The notes under the pieces are model-generated. The model did not search any database. It was given only the letters and a program-made list of their open reading frames with translations, and was not told the DNA's origin. A stretch of DNA of 64,000 nucleotides from a virus (lineage: Duplodnaviria > Caudoviricetes), in the IMG/VR virus record IMGVR_UViG_3300033463_000012; one strand, given 5' to 3'. Numbering within the stretch: the first letter of the stretch is position 1; every line of letters begins with the position of its first letter. Position numbers and translations under genes: made by a program. Shown in pieces: positions 63,209 through 64,000 of this stretch.

Positions 63209-63943
63209 TTACTTGTTTCCTGTAAGGCCAGGCGACATCGTGTGCGGCTGACCAGTGAACGGGCAAACAGGGATGCAGTTCGGCTGCCAGAAGTTTGAAG
63301 TTCCTGTGGGCGCCGACAACTTGATTTTTCCCATGGTGTTCAATTCAATGTCACCCTGAGATTGGAAGCGGATGTTTCCCTTGATGTTCAAGTCAAATCC
63401 ACCGTTTTCCGTATTGGCGTTGTCTATTACAATGTGACCGGACTTGGATATCATTATGGACGCGCCTGACCTGTGGTTGAAGGTCAGTTCCCCTGTCTGC
63501 CTGTTCATCTTCAGATAGTCGCCTTCGTCCGTCTCGAAGAAAACCATCGTATGGGGATAGTCACCCAGAGGATTGGAGACCATTCCCTTGAGTTCCTTTT
63601 TCGTCAGGGAGACCTTCGTCGTGTATTTCGGCATGTAGAGGTCATCGTTGTCGAAATAGACGTTGACCAGTGCATCCACCGGAGGAACGACGAAATTGCC
63701 AACCTTTGATCCAGTGAAACCAATGTCGGGAAGAGCCCACGGAAGGTCTTGGTCGGGAATGGATTCGGAGAAAATGCCGAACACGCGAATTTGACAACGG
63801 CCTAGTTTCTCCGGGTCATTGTTGGACACCACCTTTCCAGGATAGAACGTGGCGGTGACCTGTGGTGATTCCCTCTCGACCTGCTCCTTGAGAAGTTCAG
63901 TCAGGTCAAGGCCTAATGTCTTTTCTGAATCTTTGGTGTCCAT
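63209..63943 (-). CDS. gp5: Baseplate central spike, gp5/gpV-like (OB fold plus beta-helix, no lysozyme)
   Basis: YPGKVVSNNDPEKLGRCQIRVFG..LPWA, HRSGA; reverse CTAAATT at 63950-63956. Confidence 0.85.
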   Translation of the reverse strand: MDTKDSEKTLGLDLTELLKEQVERESPQVTATFYPGKVVSNNDPEKLGRCQIRVFGIFSESIPDQDLPWALPDIGFTGSKVGNFVVPPVDALVNVYFDNDDLYMPKYTTKVSLTKKELKGMVSNPLGDYPHTMVFFETDEGDYLKMNRQTGELTFNHRSGASIMISKSGHIVIDNANTENGGFDLNIKGNIRFQSQGDIELNTMGKIKLSAPTGTSNFWQPNCIPVCPFTGQPHTMSPGLTGNK

Positions 63944-64000
63944 ACAAAAAATTTAGACCTTGTTTTGTCTGCGATATTCCTTTGAAATCAGTCGCAAAAC

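Noticed and set aside
1-64000. Stop-codon reassignment
   Set aside because: Conserved genes are intact in the standard code and end in TAA, TAG or TGA at the expected places; no suppressor tRNA is present.
1-64000. Integrase, transposase, intron or intein
   Set aside because: None is recognisable; UvsW, gp44, gp23 and RNase H appear to be of normal length and uninterrupted.

Overview
A 64-kb segment of a large, divergent T4-like (Tevenvirinae-related) myovirus genome that uses the standard genetic code. It holds the head genes (gp21 protease, gp22 scaffold, gp23 capsid), baseplate/neck/tail genes scattered over both strands (gp25, gp6, gp7-like, gp13, gp15, gp26/gp51, gp14, gp5) and three paralogous modular tail-fibre-like proteins, one with an inserted Fibrobacter-type FISUMP domain. 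Replication/recombination genes are RNase H, gp44, probable gp59, gp32, UvsW, UvsY and a dNMP kinase. There is also an alpha-glucosyltransferase-like gene, a five-gene glycan-modification cluster behind gp15, tRNA-Leu(CAA) and a minus-strand early region (SprT, MoxR AAA+, VWA, many small ORFs). Two promoter classes can be read from the DNA: a late motif CTAAATT and a repeated early TTG..-N16-18-TATTATATT promoter with a conserved leader. The most unusual signals are: (1) a fixed-length 14-residue linker, MxES-xxx-RG-x-ML-x-E, at domain junctions of five unrelated late proteins, suggesting protease-processed capsid-cargo polyproteins; (2) six dispersed ~105-bp dyad-symmetric elements with periodic arms, resembling strong gyrase sites; (3) a shared K-rich/[DE][DE]W[DE][DE] C-terminal tag on three proteins of the glycan cluster; (4) two candidate recoding sites (gp26-gp51 and beta-helix/gp7); (5) a paralogous helix-led domain in about ten small ORFs. 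All calls come from motif recognition by eye; no database searches were run.
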